A stretch of 64,000 bases of DNA from Myxococcales bacterium (GCA_047601445.1 JASGJH010000001.1:7648001-7712000); one strand, 5' to 3'. Shown: positions 1-10,418, counted from the first letter of the stretch. Numbers and translations are program-made. The notes: generated by a model not told the origin, from the letters alone.

Positions 1-372
1 CAGGCCGGCGGACACCTTGTAGCTGTCGTTGTCGAACTTGCCGCCTGCGTGCAGCACCGTCATCACGACTTCGGCGGTGCTAACGCCCTTGGCGTGCATG
101 CCGGTGGGGATGCCGCGGCCGTCGTCCGTGCAAGTGAGCGAACCATCGGCGTGGATGGTGAGAAGGATGTTCTTGCAGTGGCCCGCCAGGTGCTCGTCGA
201 CCGCGTTGTCCACGACCTCCCAGACCAGGTGATGCAGACCGGTGCCGTCGTGCACGTCGCCGATGTACATGCCGGGACGTTTGCGCACGGCTTCGAGGCC
301 TTCGAGCACCTGGATGGAGCTCTCGTCGTAGCTCTTGTCCGGGGGACTGAGACTCTCATTCGCTTCGGTCAT
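1..372 (-). CDS. gyrB: DNA gyrase subunit B, N-terminal part (runs off window start)
   Basis: Manual reverse-strand translation from ATG at 372: MTEANE...[25 protein letters not shown]...[16 protein letters not shown]...DDGRGIP...[20 protein letters not shown], the GyrB GHKL ATPase signature. Absent from the ORF track because it has no stop in the window. Confidence 0.95.
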   Translation of the reverse strand, partial: MTEANESLSPPDKSYDESSIQVLEGLEAVRKRPGMYIGDVHDGTGLHHLVWEVVDNAVDEHLAGHCKNILLTIHADGSLTCTDDGRGIPTGMHAKGVSTAEVVMTVLHAGGKFDNDSYKVSAGL

Positions 373-645
373 GGTCGCCTTTGTCAGAAGCGCGTGGTGG
401 TTACGCGCGAACACTCGGAGAGGCGCGCGCCGTCGCGCGCTGTTCGCGTGCGCATCACGCGGGCCCGGAGCGCCTTCCCTTGGGCGTCGGTGTCCCCATG
501 CGCGCGCGCGCGTTTAAAGATGCAAGAGCATACCCGTGGGGGGGCCCCGTAGCAAGCCCATAGACAGGGCTAACTCCCTGAAATTTCTTTCATTCGCGGG
601 GCGTGAGCAGGGACTCTGGCGGGGCGGCTGTGAGGCCTCCACGGC

Positions 646-1242
646 TCAGGGCGTCGGCTGGCTCAGGGCACCCGAAAAGTCGTAGCCGCGCAGCTTGGCG
701 GAGACCCGAGCGGTTTGGCCGCTGAGCTCCATCTGCATGCTGGATTCGACCTCCACGGGGCCCACGTCCGGACAGAACACGGTGCGTACCTGCTTGCCCG
801 CGCTGCCCCCGGTCTCCCGCACCTCGACGCAGTGGCTGAAGTCCCCGGCCGGGGAGCTCACCTGCCGATCAGTGTCTACCACTTCGGCCTGGCTGCCGGA
901 GCCGGCGTCCCAGCTGGCTCCCTTGCGGATCGGGGCTTTGAGCACGTAGACCCCGCGATCGGCCCGGAACAGCCCGTCGGGACGTGTTTCATAGACGATA
1001 GGGTCTGCCCCTGAGCTGACCTCGGTACGCGCACCGTCGCTGGACAGTACCCGCGTGATGGCGAGCGTGGGGAGCCCCTGTCCGGTGTCCACATCGTAGG
1101 TCCATACGGAGCCCGCACGCAGCGGATACAGGCGCGCGACCTCGAGCGGGTCGCTGGCTTGGGTCTTGGGTTGGGCGCTGCCGCAGGCCACGGCACAGGC
1201 GAGGGGACCCAGCAGGAGGAGGCTTGGAAGAAGCTTGTTCAC
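646..1242 (-). CDS. Putative lipoprotein, unknown function
   Basis: GTG start overlaps the upstream stop (GTGA). Signal peptide ends in AVAC; beta-rich body (YPLRAGSVWTY...SPAGDFSHCVEV...FCPDVGPV). Confidence 0.7.
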   Translation of the reverse strand: MNKLLPSLLLLGPLACAVACGSAQPKTQASDPLEVARLYPLRAGSVWTYDVDTGQGLPTLAITRVLSSDGARTEVSSGADPIVYETRPDGLFRADRGVYVLKAPIRKGASWDAGSGSQAEVVDTDRQVSSPAGDFSHCVEVRETGGSAGKQVRTVFCPDVGPVEVESSMQMELSGQTARVSAKLRGYDFSGALSQPTP

Positions 1243-1346
1243 TGCCAGTAAATGTACACCAGCGTGGCGACCAGGCCGAGGCCGAGCAGTCCGACCACGG
1301 GGAGAAACCAATCGACGACACGCTCGGGATCGACAGGGGCGGACAC
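1239..1346 (-). CDS. Small single-TM membrane protein (about 35 aa)
   Basis: MSAPVDPERVVDWFLPVVGLLGLGLVATLVYIYWQ; its stop overlaps the start of the next gene. Start codon uncertain (ORF is open to 1439). Confidence 0.5.
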   Translation of the reverse strand: MSAPVDPERVVDWFLPVVGLLGLGLVATLVYIYWQ

Positions 1347-1464
1347 GAGGGGGGAGGGTAGAGGAAAAGAGGAGAAGTCGAAAGCGGTGGCTGTGACTGT
1401 GGCGGCGGCGGAGGCGGCTACCGTGGCCGGTCGTGCCATGCAGCGCGCACGACGGCTCTCGCTG

Positions 1465-2922
1465 CTACAGCGCTGCCCACAGTCCGAACCACAGCGATCC
1501 TACCGCCGCTGGGATCAGCCATAGCGCGGCCAGCAGTGCGCGCCGGCGCAGCGCGGATTTGAGGCGCGTTTGGTGTTCGAGATCGAGGGGGGCGGTGCCC
1601 TTCAACGCGAGTTGTCGCCGAATGCGGGCCTGCGGGGGCAGCGCGTACGGGATCCACAACGCGGTCCACAACAAGCACGAGGCCAGTCCGAGCGGGGCCC
1701 AGGGCGGCATAATGGCGCGCAGGCGTCGGTACACCGAGTCGTCGAGTCGCACACCCGCTTCATCGATCCACGTGTTGAAGTGCCGACCGTCGCGCAAGGT
1801 CACTTCGATGCTGAAGGTGCTGTCGGCTGGCGCGCCCTGACGGAGATCGGCGGGCAGCTGACGCGGTCTCGCCGCGCGCACCGACTTGATGCGCGCACGC
1901 GGGATGGGTAATGCCCCCACGCCGCCGCCATCGCTTGCCACGACGCTGACCCGACGCGGCGCGATCACCACAGCGAGGGCGCTTTCCGGGAGGTAGTACT
2001 GGCGTGGCTTGCTGTTCGCTGCGGCCTCGAACACCACCCGCGCATCGGAGGGGAGGCTGGCCTGGCTCGGCGGGGCCGGCTTGGCCAAGGCCACGATCAC
2101 CAGCAGCGGACCCGCCAAGATGCACAGCAGCAACAAGCTCCACACGAAGGTGCCGCTCTTGGAGGGCGCGGCTTCGAGTGGCACCAGGGCCGGATCGGTG
2201 ACCTCCGCGCGCAGGTTCAGATAGCTCGACACCACCATGCCCTGACCGAGCGAGAGCCCGAGCGCGATCACGGGCAGCAGTACGAGCCCTGCGCGCAGCG
2301 TGCCGCCCAGAGAGGCGTTGCTTGCCGCGAAGACGATCGCCAACAGACCCGGTAGCATTTGCAAGGCGTGGGCGACGAGGCTCGTGAGCCAGGTGCGCAG
2401 GGCGCCGCTCTCGGACACCAGGCGTGCGCTCTCGAGCAAGGCCGCGTGCAGTCCGCCTCCACGGTCGATGAGGATCGCGGGCGCGTGCTCGAAGTGCACG
2501 CTCACCGCGATCACCAGGCAGCTCGCCAGCAAGGGCACGCCCAGGCTCTTGAGCAACTGCTCGGTACCGGCGGGTGCGCCGAGCGAGATGCCGCCGAGCA
2601 CCACGTCGGGTCCCAGCGCGACGAGGCTCAAGGTCGCGATCGCGCCCAGCACCGTGACAGCCGCCATCTGCACGCCCGCGGCCGCGAACCAAGCGGTCGT
2701 GCGTTTGGGGGGGTGCTCCAGGCCCTGTGGGTCCTTACCGAGGCCGATTTGTAGCGCGAACAGCTCACACAAGAACCACGGCGCCGCGAAGATGCCGAGT
2801 CCGCAGCAGACCGCAGCCAGGGATGTGAGCAACGCGCCTCCGAGGCCCAGGGTGGCCCAGGGACGCCGGCGGAAGAGGCGTACGGACTCTTGGAGAGCTG
2901 CGCTGGGCAGCAAGGCGCGCAT
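1465..2922 (-). CDS. Multi-pass membrane protein, unknown function
   Basis: ATG at 2922 (MRALLPSAALQESVRLF); several hydrophobic helices, a soluble loop and C-terminal TM helices. Confidence 0.7.
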   Translation of the reverse strand: MRALLPSAALQESVRLFRRRPWATLGLGGALLTSLAAVCCGLGIFAAPWFLCELFALQIGLGKDPQGLEHPPKRTTAWFAAAGVQMAAVTVLGAIATLSLVALGPDVVLGGISLGAPAGTEQLLKSLGVPLLASCLVIAVSVHFEHAPAILIDRGGGLHAALLESARLVSESGALRTWLTSLVAHALQMLPGLLAIVFAASNASLGGTLRAGLVLLPVIALGLSLGQGMVVSSYLNLRAEVTDPALVPLEAAPSKSGTFVWSLLLLCILAGPLLVIVALAKPAPPSQASLPSDARVVFEAAANSKPRQYYLPESALAVVIAPRRVSVVASDGGGVGALPIPRARIKSVRAARPRQLPADLRQGAPADSTFSIEVTLRDGRHFNTWIDEAGVRLDDSVYRRLRAIMPPWAPLGLASCLLWTALWIPYALPPQARIRRQLALKGTAPLDLEHQTRLKSALRRRALLAALWLIPAAVGSLWFGLWAAL

Positions 2923-3084
2923 CGGCCAGGGTCGTACCACGCTTCTCACGCGGCTGCTTGAGCTGCTTACCCGGTGCGAACGGGCCGCCACCTTGGCCCG
3001 GGCGGACCTTGCCCGGTGGGGCGCGAAGGGCGATGGTGTGGAGTGCACTCGCGTCCGGGTCGCGCGAGGCCGAGGAGTCCTGCA

Positions 3085-3903
3085 GTGAAGCCATTGTTTG
3101 CACCGGGGTTGTTCGAGGAACAGGTAGTGGTCATCACCGGTGGCGGCACGGGCATCGGGCGCGCGGTGGCCGAGGAGGTCGGGCAGCTCGGGGCCAAGGT
3201 GGCCATCTGCGGCCGGCGTCAGGAGAAGCTCGACGAGGCCAAGGCAGAGCTCGAGGCGCTTGGCATCCAGGCCTTTGCGGCGCGCTGCGACATCCGCGAG
3301 GAAGCCAGCGCGGGAAGCTTCGTGGAGGCAGTACTGGCCCACTTCGGGCGCATCGATGTACTCGTGAACAACGCGGGCGGGCAGTTCCCGATGCTGGGCG
3401 AGTACCTATCTTTGAAGGGCTTCGAGGCGGTGGTGCGGAACAACTTGTTCGGCACCTGGAACATGACACGGGCGGTGGCCACCCAGGCCTTCATCAAGCA
3501 GAAGCGCGGGCGCATCGTGAATGTGATCGCCCAGATCGCACGAGGCTTTCCGGGCATGCTGCACACGGGGGCAGCGCGCGCGGGCGTCGACAACCTGACC
3601 AAGTCGCTCGCCATCGAGTGGGCTCAGCACGGCATTCGCGTCAACGCCGTCGCGCCCGGTGTAATCAAGACGAGCGGCACCGACCAGTACGCGCCGGCCT
3701 TCCTGGAGATGGGGCGGCAGTCCACGCCGCTCAAGCGCCTGGGCCGCAGCGACGAGGTCAGCCACTTGGTCGTCTACCTGGCAAGCCAAGCAGCCGACTT
3801 CGTCACGGGCCAGACCTTCTACATCGACGGCGGCCAGAGCCTGTGGGGCGACTTGTTCACCATCAACGACGGCATCCCGGGCAGCGAGCCGAACACCAAG
3901 TAG
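3085..3903 (+). CDS. SDR oxidoreductase (trans-2-enoyl-CoA / 2,4-dienoyl-CoA reductase-like)
   Basis: TGGGTGIG, NNAGGQF, HTGAARAGV, RVNAVAPG motifs; GAGGAG RBS before GTG 3085. Confidence 0.88.
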   Translation: MKPLFAPGLFEEQVVVITGGGTGIGRAVAEEVGQLGAKVAICGRRQEKLDEAKAELEALGIQAFAARCDIREEASAGSFVEAVLAHFGRIDVLVNNAGGQFPMLGEYLSLKGFEAVVRNNLFGTWNMTRAVATQAFIKQKRGRIVNVIAQIARGFPGMLHTGAARAGVDNLTKSLAIEWAQHGIRVNAVAPGVIKTSGTDQYAPAFLEMGRQSTPLKRLGRSDEVSHLVVYLASQAADFVTGQTFYIDGGQSLWGDLFTINDGIPGSEPNTK

Positions 3904-3914
3904 CGACGACGCCT

Positions 3915-4763
3915 CTAGCCGCTCGGTGGCGCGATGTGGGCTGCCATCAGCCTCACATACGTGTTCTCGAGGTAGGTGACCACCAGCTGGTTTTCGCCCG
4001 GGCCCATCGTGAGGGTAACGGCCGAGAGCAACGTGGTCGACGGGCAGCCGGCCGTGAGTTGGCTGTCGCAAACGCCGAACGCAAAGCTGCCAGGAGTGAC
4101 CGAAAAAACGTCCGCGACGTTGGTGCTGCCAGCATGGAAGCAGCCGCTGCCGACGATGCCAAGGTCCGCGACGATGCCGCCGTCGATGTCGAACAAGCCA
4201 TAGTAGATGTGCAGGTTGGCCAGCTTCGGGTCGCCCTCCATGAGCCTGCTCTCGTCGAGAGTGGCGTACGCGACCTGATTGGTGTCGTTGTCGAGGCTGA
4301 CGATCAGGCTCGCGCGTTGCTGAGCGCCGTCGAGCTCACCCACCGTGACCGCGGCTCGGTCGGGGCCCGAGACGACGCTCCAATTGCCGCCCGTGGGGAG
4401 TTGCCCGCTCGGCAGGAGCACGAACTCGGGGTGGTGCGAGAAGGCATTGAGGGGAACCTCGAAGTACTCGGAGATGCTGCCGAAGGTGAGGCTCTCGGCG
4501 ACGCGCACGGCGCGATCGTCCTGGTCGCGCACCCAGGCGTCGAAGCTCACGCCTTGCACGGTGTTCGCCACGCGCACCTCGGCGGTGGGGCCGAGCGTCG
4601 CGCTGCCGCCGTCCAGGTCGACCACCACGTTCACATCGCCGTCGCCGTCGCCATCGCCGCCACTGCCCGCGTCGTCCGCAGCGGATGGCGCATCGCTATC
4701 CCCGCACCCGAGCGCCAATACCGTGACCAGGCTCAAGCCGAGCCCGCGCGTCCACGTTCGCAT
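3915..4763 (-). CDS. Lipoprotein with GD-repeat linker (DUF4397-like beta domain possible)
   Basis: Lipobox [13 protein letters not shown] linker, VRVAN...D.WV strand pattern. Confidence 0.7.
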   Translation of the reverse strand: MRTWTRGLGLSLVTVLALGCGDSDAPSAADDAGSGGDGDGDGDVNVVVDLDGGSATLGPTAEVRVANTVQGVSFDAWVRDQDDRAVRVAESLTFGSISEYFEVPLNAFSHHPEFVLLPSGQLPTGGNWSVVSGPDRAAVTVGELDGAQQRASLIVSLDNDTNQVAYATLDESRLMEGDPKLANLHIYYGLFDIDGGIVADLGIVGSGCFHAGSTNVADVFSVTPGSFAFGVCDSQLTAGCPSTTLLSAVTLTMGPGENQLVVTYLENTYVRLMAAHIAPPSG

Positions 4764-4781
4764 CTCTCCCTCGTCCCAGTC

Positions 4782-5579
4782 TCAGGCGCTGGCTTCCAAG
4801 GTCTCTTGCTTCCTGCGCAAATCGATGAAGTACGCAACGATCACGGAGGCGTAATACAGGCCGACCAGGGGGATCAGCAACAGCAACATGCTCAAGGCAT
4901 CTTGGGTGGGCGTGAGGACCGCGGCGATCACGCTGGACACCACCAGCCACCAGCGGCCGAAGCCGAGCAGCTGTTTGTGCGTGACCACGCCCGCCAGGGA
5001 CAGGAACGTGATCACCACCGGGACCTCGAAGGTGATGCCGAAGACCATCAGCATCTGCGCCACGAAGGAGACGTACTCGCCCATCATCAGCGTGGGCTGG
5101 ATCTCCACCACGCCGCCGGGCAACTTGCCCGAGAAGTCCATCAGCGTCTCGAAGGTGGGCGGGAAGATGTAGAACCAGCCGAACAGGCCGCCGATGGTGA
5201 AGCACACGGTGGAGGCGAACACGAAGGGCAAAAGCAGGCGCTTCTCGCGCGCGTAGAGGCCGGGCGCGATGAAGGACCAGAGCTGCCAGAACACCCAGGG
5301 GCTCGAGGCGAGGAGCGCCACGATGGCGGACTGCTTGAGGTAGACGACCATGGGGTCGACCGGGCTCGAGAAGTGCAGCTTGGGGATGCCGAGGCCCATG
5401 GCCTGCCAGGCCTTGTTGAGCGGGATCACGAGGATCGAGAACACCTCTTCGCGGAAGATCCAGGCCCCGATGAAGGCGGGGATGAAGGGCAACAGGCTGC
5501 GGATCAAGCGCGTGCGCAGCTCGTCGAGGTGTTCGAAGAACGTCATCTGGACGTCCTGCTCTGGCTCTTGCGCGCTCAC
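4782..5579 (-). CDS. tatC: Twin-arginine translocase subunit TatC
   Basis: MTFFEHLDELRTRL, QLWSFIAPGLYAREK, FGITFEVP, AAVLTP motifs. Confidence 0.95.
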   Translation of the reverse strand: MSAQEPEQDVQMTFFEHLDELRTRLIRSLLPFIPAFIGAWIFREEVFSILVIPLNKAWQAMGLGIPKLHFSSPVDPMVVYLKQSAIVALLASSPWVFWQLWSFIAPGLYAREKRLLLPFVFASTVCFTIGGLFGWFYIFPPTFETLMDFSGKLPGGVVEIQPTLMMGEYVSFVAQMLMVFGITFEVPVVITFLSLAGVVTHKQLLGFGRWWLVVSSVIAAVLTPTQDALSMLLLLIPLVGLYYASVIVAYFIDLRRKQETLEASA

Positions 5580-5942
5580 CTAGCCCTCGTTGCTTGTGTC
5601 GGAGGGACTGGGCGAGCCGCTGGCGGCCACGCGCGTACCGTGCTCCTGCTGATAGCGCGCGTGAGCGGTGTCGACGCCCTCGCTCGGGCTCTCACTCTCG
5701 CGGTCGCTGGGCCTCAGCACGTAGCGCTGGGGCTTGGTCTCGGCCTTGAGCGGGTTGCGCAGCTCGTCGTCGCGCATGAGCTCGTCGATGCCCGTGGACC
5801 TGCGCAGGTCGTTCGTGGCGCGCCGGACCTCTCGCATGCCCTTGCCGACGGTCTTCATCAGCTGGGGCAGCTGGCGTGGTCCCACCGCGATCAGGAGGAT
5901 CACGGCGATGATGAGCATTTCGCCGAAGCCGATGCCGAACAT
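5580..5942 (-). CDS. tatB: Twin-arginine translocase subunit TatB (TatA/B family)
   Basis: MFGIGFGEMLIIAVILLIAVGPRQLP plus amphipathic helix; immediately upstream of tatC. Confidence 0.85.
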   Translation of the reverse strand: MFGIGFGEMLIIAVILLIAVGPRQLPQLMKTVGKGMREVRRATNDLRRSTGIDELMRDDELRNPLKAETKPQRYVLRPSDRESESPSEGVDTAHARYQQEHGTRVAASGSPSPSDTSNEG

Positions 5943-6009
5943 ACGCCTGTGGTTTAGCAGCTCCGGCCGTTTTGGCCTAACCCCTGAAAACCCAGGGATA
6001 TTCTGGGCT

Positions 6010-7917
6010 TCAGGAGGCCGAGGCGAGGTTGTGTAGGCGTTCGGCGCTGCTCCCCAGCGCGCGCATCTGGCGCTCGAATTCGCGCACCAGCTGCTGGGCC
6101 CGGGTGGAGGTCTGGGCGAGCTGCTCGGATTCCACCGCGCGGTCGCGCTGGGCGCTGTTGAGCTGGTTGGCCAGGGTGGAGATGGACTCGATGGCCTGGG
6201 TCACCTGCTTGCCGCCCCGGGCCTGTTCCTGCGACGAGCGCTCCACGTGCTGGGTGATGACGCGCATGCGCTCGGCGCTCTTGATGATGAGCTCGGAGCC
6301 GCGCGCCTGCTCGCTGGTGGCCGCTGCGATTTGCTGCACGGTCTCGGCGATGCGCCCGATGGCGTCCGTGACCTGCTTGCTGCCCTTGGCCTGCTCCACG
6401 GTGGCTCGCGCGATGGCGCGCACCATGTTCGTGGACTTCTGGGAGGAGTCGAGGATCTTCTTGAGCGCCGCTTCGGCTTCGGCGGACACCTGCACGCCAT
6501 GGTCGACGGTGGCGTTGGAGCGCTCCACGGTCTTGATGGCGTTCTTGGACTCGGCCTGGATGGTCTTGATGAGCTCGGCGATCTCCTTGGTGGAGGCGCC
6601 AGCGCGTTCGGCCAGATCCTTGATCTCGTCTGCGACCACCGCGAAGCCCTTGCCGTGCTCGCCGGCCTGGGCCGCGATGATGGCGGCGTTGAGCGCGAGC
6701 AGGTTGGTCTGCTCGGCGACGTCGTCGATCACGTTCAGGATGTCACCGATGGCCTCGATGCGCTGACCCAGCGTGGCGATGATGCTCACCGTCTCGCCCG
6801 AGGTCTCCTTGATGCGATTGACCTCTTCGAGGGTCTTGAGGATGGCGTCCGCGCCGCGCTCGGCGTCCACGGCCACCTCCTCGGACAGGCGCGCCGTTTC
6901 GTTGGCGTTGGAGCGCACCTGGTCGATGGAAACGTCCATCTCGTTCATGGAGGAGGAGGTCTCTTCGGCGGTCAGCGAGAGGGCGTCGACGTTGCGCGCC
7001 ACTTCCTTGATGCTGTAGGCCATCTCCTCGATGGAGGACACCGTCTCGCGCACGCTGGCACCGAGGTTCGACATGTTCTCCGCGACCTCTGCGTTGGTGG
7101 CAGTCATCTCGAGGATGCTCGAGCTGGACTCCTCTGCGCTCGAGGCCAGCGTCTCGATGTGGCCGCCGATCTGCTTGGCGCCCTCTTGCTGCGAGCTCAC
7201 TGCGCGGCCCGTTTGCTCGAGCGACGCCGACAGCTCGTCGATGCCCTCTCCGAAGCCCGCGATGACGTCGCTGATTTGCTTCTCGAGCTCGTTGAGCTCC
7301 GAGCGCAGGCCGTGGTTGCGCGCACGGTAGGTCTCGTTCTCGCGCCGCACTTGCTCGAGGTCGCCGCGGGTGCCGCTGAGCTCGGCCTCCAGACGGGCGA
7401 TGCGATCGGCGCCGCGCGTGGCTTCGCTGGACGCGTTCTCCTGGCGGGACTTGAGCAAGTCGACCTCGCGCAGGGCGCTGTCCTGGGTGCGTCGCGCGGC
7501 GTCGAGCTCCGCCCGCAGCCGCTCGAGCTCGCCGCGGTGGCGGTCAGCGTCGGACTGATTGCGGTCCGCATCGGCCTTGAAGCGGTCGGCTTCGACCTTG
7601 AAGCGATCACCGTCGAGTCGGTAGCGCTCCACGCGCTGCGCGAGCGCGTCGATGCTGTCGTAGAGCGGCGCCTCCTGGGGACCGGCGCTCAACGGGCGTG
7701 CCGTGCGCAGGCCGTCGCCCGCGCCGCGCACTGCGTTGAGCAGTCCGTTCACGTCGTTGCCCCCGACTGCGGCGAGCGCGACGATCACGCTGCCCAGGGC
7801 GGCGATGCCACCCACGACGGCGCCTTCGTTGAGCTTCAGGAAGTAACCCGCTGCGGCGCCGATGGCGATCGCGAACAGTAAGTAGATCCTGCGATCCGGC
7901 GGAATCTTCTCGAACAT
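6010..7917 (-). CDS. Methyl-accepting chemotaxis protein
   Basis: Two N-terminal TM helices, long coiled coil, signalling tip [34 protein letters not shown]. Confidence 0.92.
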   Translation of the reverse strand: MFEKIPPDRRIYLLFAIAIGAAAGYFLKLNEGAVVGGIAALGSVIVALAAVGGNDVNGLLNAVRGAGDGLRTARPLSAGPQEAPLYDSIDALAQRVERYRLDGDRFKVEADRFKADADRNQSDADRHRGELERLRAELDAARRTQDSALREVDLLKSRQENASSEATRGADRIARLEAELSGTRGDLEQVRRENETYRARNHGLRSELNELEKQISDVIAGFGEGIDELSASLEQTGRAVSSQQEGAKQIGGHIETLASSAEESSSSILEMTATNAEVAENMSNLGASVRETVSSIEEMAYSIKEVARNVDALSLTAEETSSSMNEMDVSIDQVRSNANETARLSEEVAVDAERGADAILKTLEEVNRIKETSGETVSIIATLGQRIEAIGDILNVIDDVAEQTNLLALNAAIIAAQAGEHGKGFAVVADEIKDLAERAGASTKEIAELIKTIQAESKNAIKTVERSNATVDHGVQVSAEAEAALKKILDSSQKSTNMVRAIARATVEQAKGSKQVTDAIGRIAETVQQIAAATSEQARGSELIIKSAERMRVITQHVERSSQEQARGGKQVTQAIESISTLANQLNSAQRDRAVESEQLAQTSTRAQQLVREFERQMRALGSSAERLHNLASAS

Positions 7918-8130
7918 GCCTAACAACCCCTTGGGCGGGAAAACGCGTGTGCGACGTCGGGTGCTTCACGAGCACCCCGCGCGCGTAGGGTACACCGAGC
8001 ATGTGCGGTTTCCCCAACTTTGCCGCGAACTAGGCCGCGCCCCGGTTGAACTCGGCGCCCGCCTGGCGCGCGTGTCTGGAAACGTGGGCCAAGGGTCGCC
8101 GCCAGCGCGGGTGTTCGACTCAAAATCGGC

Positions 8131-9120
8131 TCAGAACGCGGCGGCGCGCACGGGTACGGGTGCGCGCGTGGGACGGGACTCGTCGAGGGTCTGCACCAGG
8201 GACGGGTCCACCATCGCGGGCATGAGCTCCGCCACCAGCTGATTCTCGGCGTGGTGCAGCGGTGTGTCGGCTGCAGCGGCCAGCGCACGCTCCACCAGGC
8301 GCGTGTTGAGCGGTCGGGCCCGGGGATCGCGGGCGAGCAGGCTCTGGACCAGGCTCTCGAGGCTGCGCGGCACATTGGCGCGCACACGCCCCACCAGCTC
8401 GGCGTCCTCGCTCAAGGCCTGACGCAGCACACTGGCCGCATTGAGCCCCGCGAAGGGCGGCCGACCCGTGAGCGCCTCGAACAAGGTGGCGCCGAGTCCA
8501 TACAGATCACTACGCGGCGTGGCCGGGGCGGTGGGCGCCGCCTGTTCCGGTGCCAGGTAGCCCGGGGTCCCGAGGACTTGAAGCGCAAGAGCACCCGTCA
8601 TATCCGCCTGGGGCGGCTGGCAGACGCCAAAATCGAGCAGCGACACGTGCAGCGCGCCGCGATCCACCGAGAGCCAGACGTGCTCGGACTTGAGGTCGCG
8701 ATGCACGTAGCCGGCCGCATGGACCGCCGACAGCACACGCGTGGCGCGCCGCAGCACCGCGATGGCTTGGCTCACCGGCAGCGGCCCGCGCCGCCGGATC
8801 ATGCGCAGCAGGCTCTCGCCGTGCAGGCGCTCGAACACCAGGTAAGGCGAGCCATCGGGCAGGGTGCCGTCGTCGACACAGGCCACGATGCCCGGGTGCC
8901 GAATCGCGCGTGCTGCCTCGGCCTCGCGCCGCAACCGCAGCGCCAGGTCCGAGCGATGCGCGAGCGATTCCTTGAGCACCTTGACGACGAACTCGCGGTC
9001 ATCCGACTCGCGAAAGGCGCGCAGCACCACGCCGGTGGCGCCCGTTCCCACGGGCTCACCGAGCCGGTATTGCCCGTCCAGAAGCGCCCCCCAGAGCTCC
9101 GTGCGTGCGTCCCCAAACAT
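8131..9120 (-). CDS. Hanks-type Ser/Thr protein kinase (atypical catalytic loop)
   Basis: GTGATGVV, VVKVL, HRDLKSEH, DFG, GTPGYLAPEQ, SDLYGLG. Start uncertain. Confidence 0.85.
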   Translation of the reverse strand: MFGDARTELWGALLDGQYRLGEPVGTGATGVVLRAFRESDDREFVVKVLKESLAHRSDLALRLRREAEAARAIRHPGIVACVDDGTLPDGSPYLVFERLHGESLLRMIRRRGPLPVSQAIAVLRRATRVLSAVHAAGYVHRDLKSEHVWLSVDRGALHVSLLDFGVCQPPQADMTGALALQVLGTPGYLAPEQAAPTAPATPRSDLYGLGATLFEALTGRPPFAGLNAASVLRQALSEDAELVGRVRANVPRSLESLVQSLLARDPRARPLNTRLVERALAAAADTPLHHAENQLVAELMPAMVDPSLVQTLDESRPTRAPVPVRAAAF

Positions 9121-9245
9121 GGCGGAAACGATGCCGTCTGCGCGCGCTCCGACCAAAAAGACGGCGCGAATTGTCAGAAATTTGGACAAGCTCGCGGGCC
9201 TGTGGTGGAACGCGCCTCCCGGCCTGCGTCCGCCCTCGGGGCCGC

Positions 9246-10418
9246 TCAGAGACGTCGCAGCGCCATCAAATGTTCGCCCCGCAGCGGTCCGCCCCGGAAG
9301 TCCGGGCGCGCCTGCGTGGCGACCGCGAGCGGCTCGAAACCGACCTCGTCCGCGATTTCCGCCACCAGCACGTCCGCGGGGACGCGTACCCCGGCGTGCT
9401 CTCCGTCGCCCATCAACATCACCAGGAGGGCGTCGCGGCGCATCACCTGGTGCATCGACTTGAGCGCGAAGCCGAGCTCGCGCGCGAAGCGCTCGCTGCT
9501 GGTGCCGCGGCGGCGCGCGCCGATTTCTCCGGCCTCGAGGTTCTTGGCGTCGAGACCGAGCCAGGCGAAGCGACGGGCGTGGTGATTCACGTAGTCGTAC
9601 GTGTTGCCGTAGGGCGGAGAGGTCAGCACCAGGTCCACGGGCTTGTCGATCAGGTCGGGCAAGCGCCGCGCGTCGCCCTCGCGCACCGAGGGCAACGGCC
9701 CCCTGGCGGCGCGCTCGTAGTCGCGCATGCGATCGGCCAATTCCAGGGTCTTGCGCTCGAAAAACTCGCTGACGAGTCCTTTGCGCACGCGGCGCGCCAC
9801 GGCCTCCTCGGCGGTGTCCGAGCGTTGCTTGGAGAACTTCACCACCAGCGAGGAAAACACCAGGCGCAGCGCGTTGCGCAGACGCACGTCCTCGGTGCGA
9901 TCGATCTCCTCGAGCAAGCCGGCCATCTCCTTGACCACATGGGGCTCGTACCAGGCGAGCTCCTTGGGTTCGAGCTTCGCGCGCACCGGGTCCCGCGCCT
10001 GCACGCGTTCCTCCGAGCGCGCCCGGACTTCGCTCGCGGTGCGCACGAGCTGCCCCCGCAGCGCGGGGTCGAAGGGCTGGGTCTTCAGGCGCGAGAGGGC
10101 GACGGCCAGTGGGTTCAGGTCCGTGCCGCTGCCCAGGAAGCCGGCGGCGCGCGCCTCGACCAACACCGTGCCGCTGCCGCAGAAGGGGTCGAGCACATGG
10201 CCGCCCGCCAGGCCGACCCCGGTCAGCACGCGCTCGGCCGTGGCCCAGTGCATACGCGCGGGGTAGCTGTGAAAGCCGTGGGTGAAGCGGTCGCGCTCGA
10301 GGTTGCCGGTGTCGAGGGCATGCACCAGCAGATCGCAGAGCTCGGGGTCGCCAGCGACCAGGGTCTGGCCCCCCGTGTTACTAAGGGCGCGCTTGGGGCG
10401 GCGAGGCGGTACGGACAT
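9246..10418 (-). CDS. Orphan amino-DNA methyltransferase (N4-cytosine-like, alpha-type motif order)
   Basis: THGFHSYPARM, motif I DPFCGSGT near the N-terminus, motif IV TSPPY near the C-terminus. Confidence 0.8.
   Translation of the reverse strand: MSVPPRRPKRALSNTGGQTLVAGDPELCDLLVHALDTGNLERDRFTHGFHSYPARMHWATAERVLTGVGLAGGHVLDPFCGSGTVLVEARAAGFLGSGTDLNPLAVALSRLKTQPFDPALRGQLVRTASEVRARSEERVQARDPVRAKLEPKELAWYEPHVVKEMAGLLEEIDRTEDVRLRNALRLVFSSLVVKFSKQRSDTAEEAVARRVRKGLVSEFFERKTLELADRMRDYERAARGPLPSVREGDARRLPDLIDKPVDLVLTSPPYGNTYDYVNHHARRFAWLGLDAKNLEAGEIGARRRGTSSERFARELGFALKSMHQVMRRDALLVMLMGDGEHAGVRVPADVLVAEIADEVGFEPLAVATQARPDFRGGPLRGEHLMALRRL

Noticed and set aside
49..552. 167-aa plus-strand ORF
   Set aside because: Antisense to gyrB, which is the real gene here.
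570..583. CTAAC(T)CCCTGAAA motif shared with 5977-5989, upstream of gyrB and tatB
   Set aside because: Only two imperfect instances; cannot be supported as a regulatory site without a genome-wide count.
2958..5957. 999-aa plus-strand ORF
   Set aside because: Off-frame and antisense shadow of the SDR, lipoprotein and tatBC genes; typical of high-GC DNA, no motifs.
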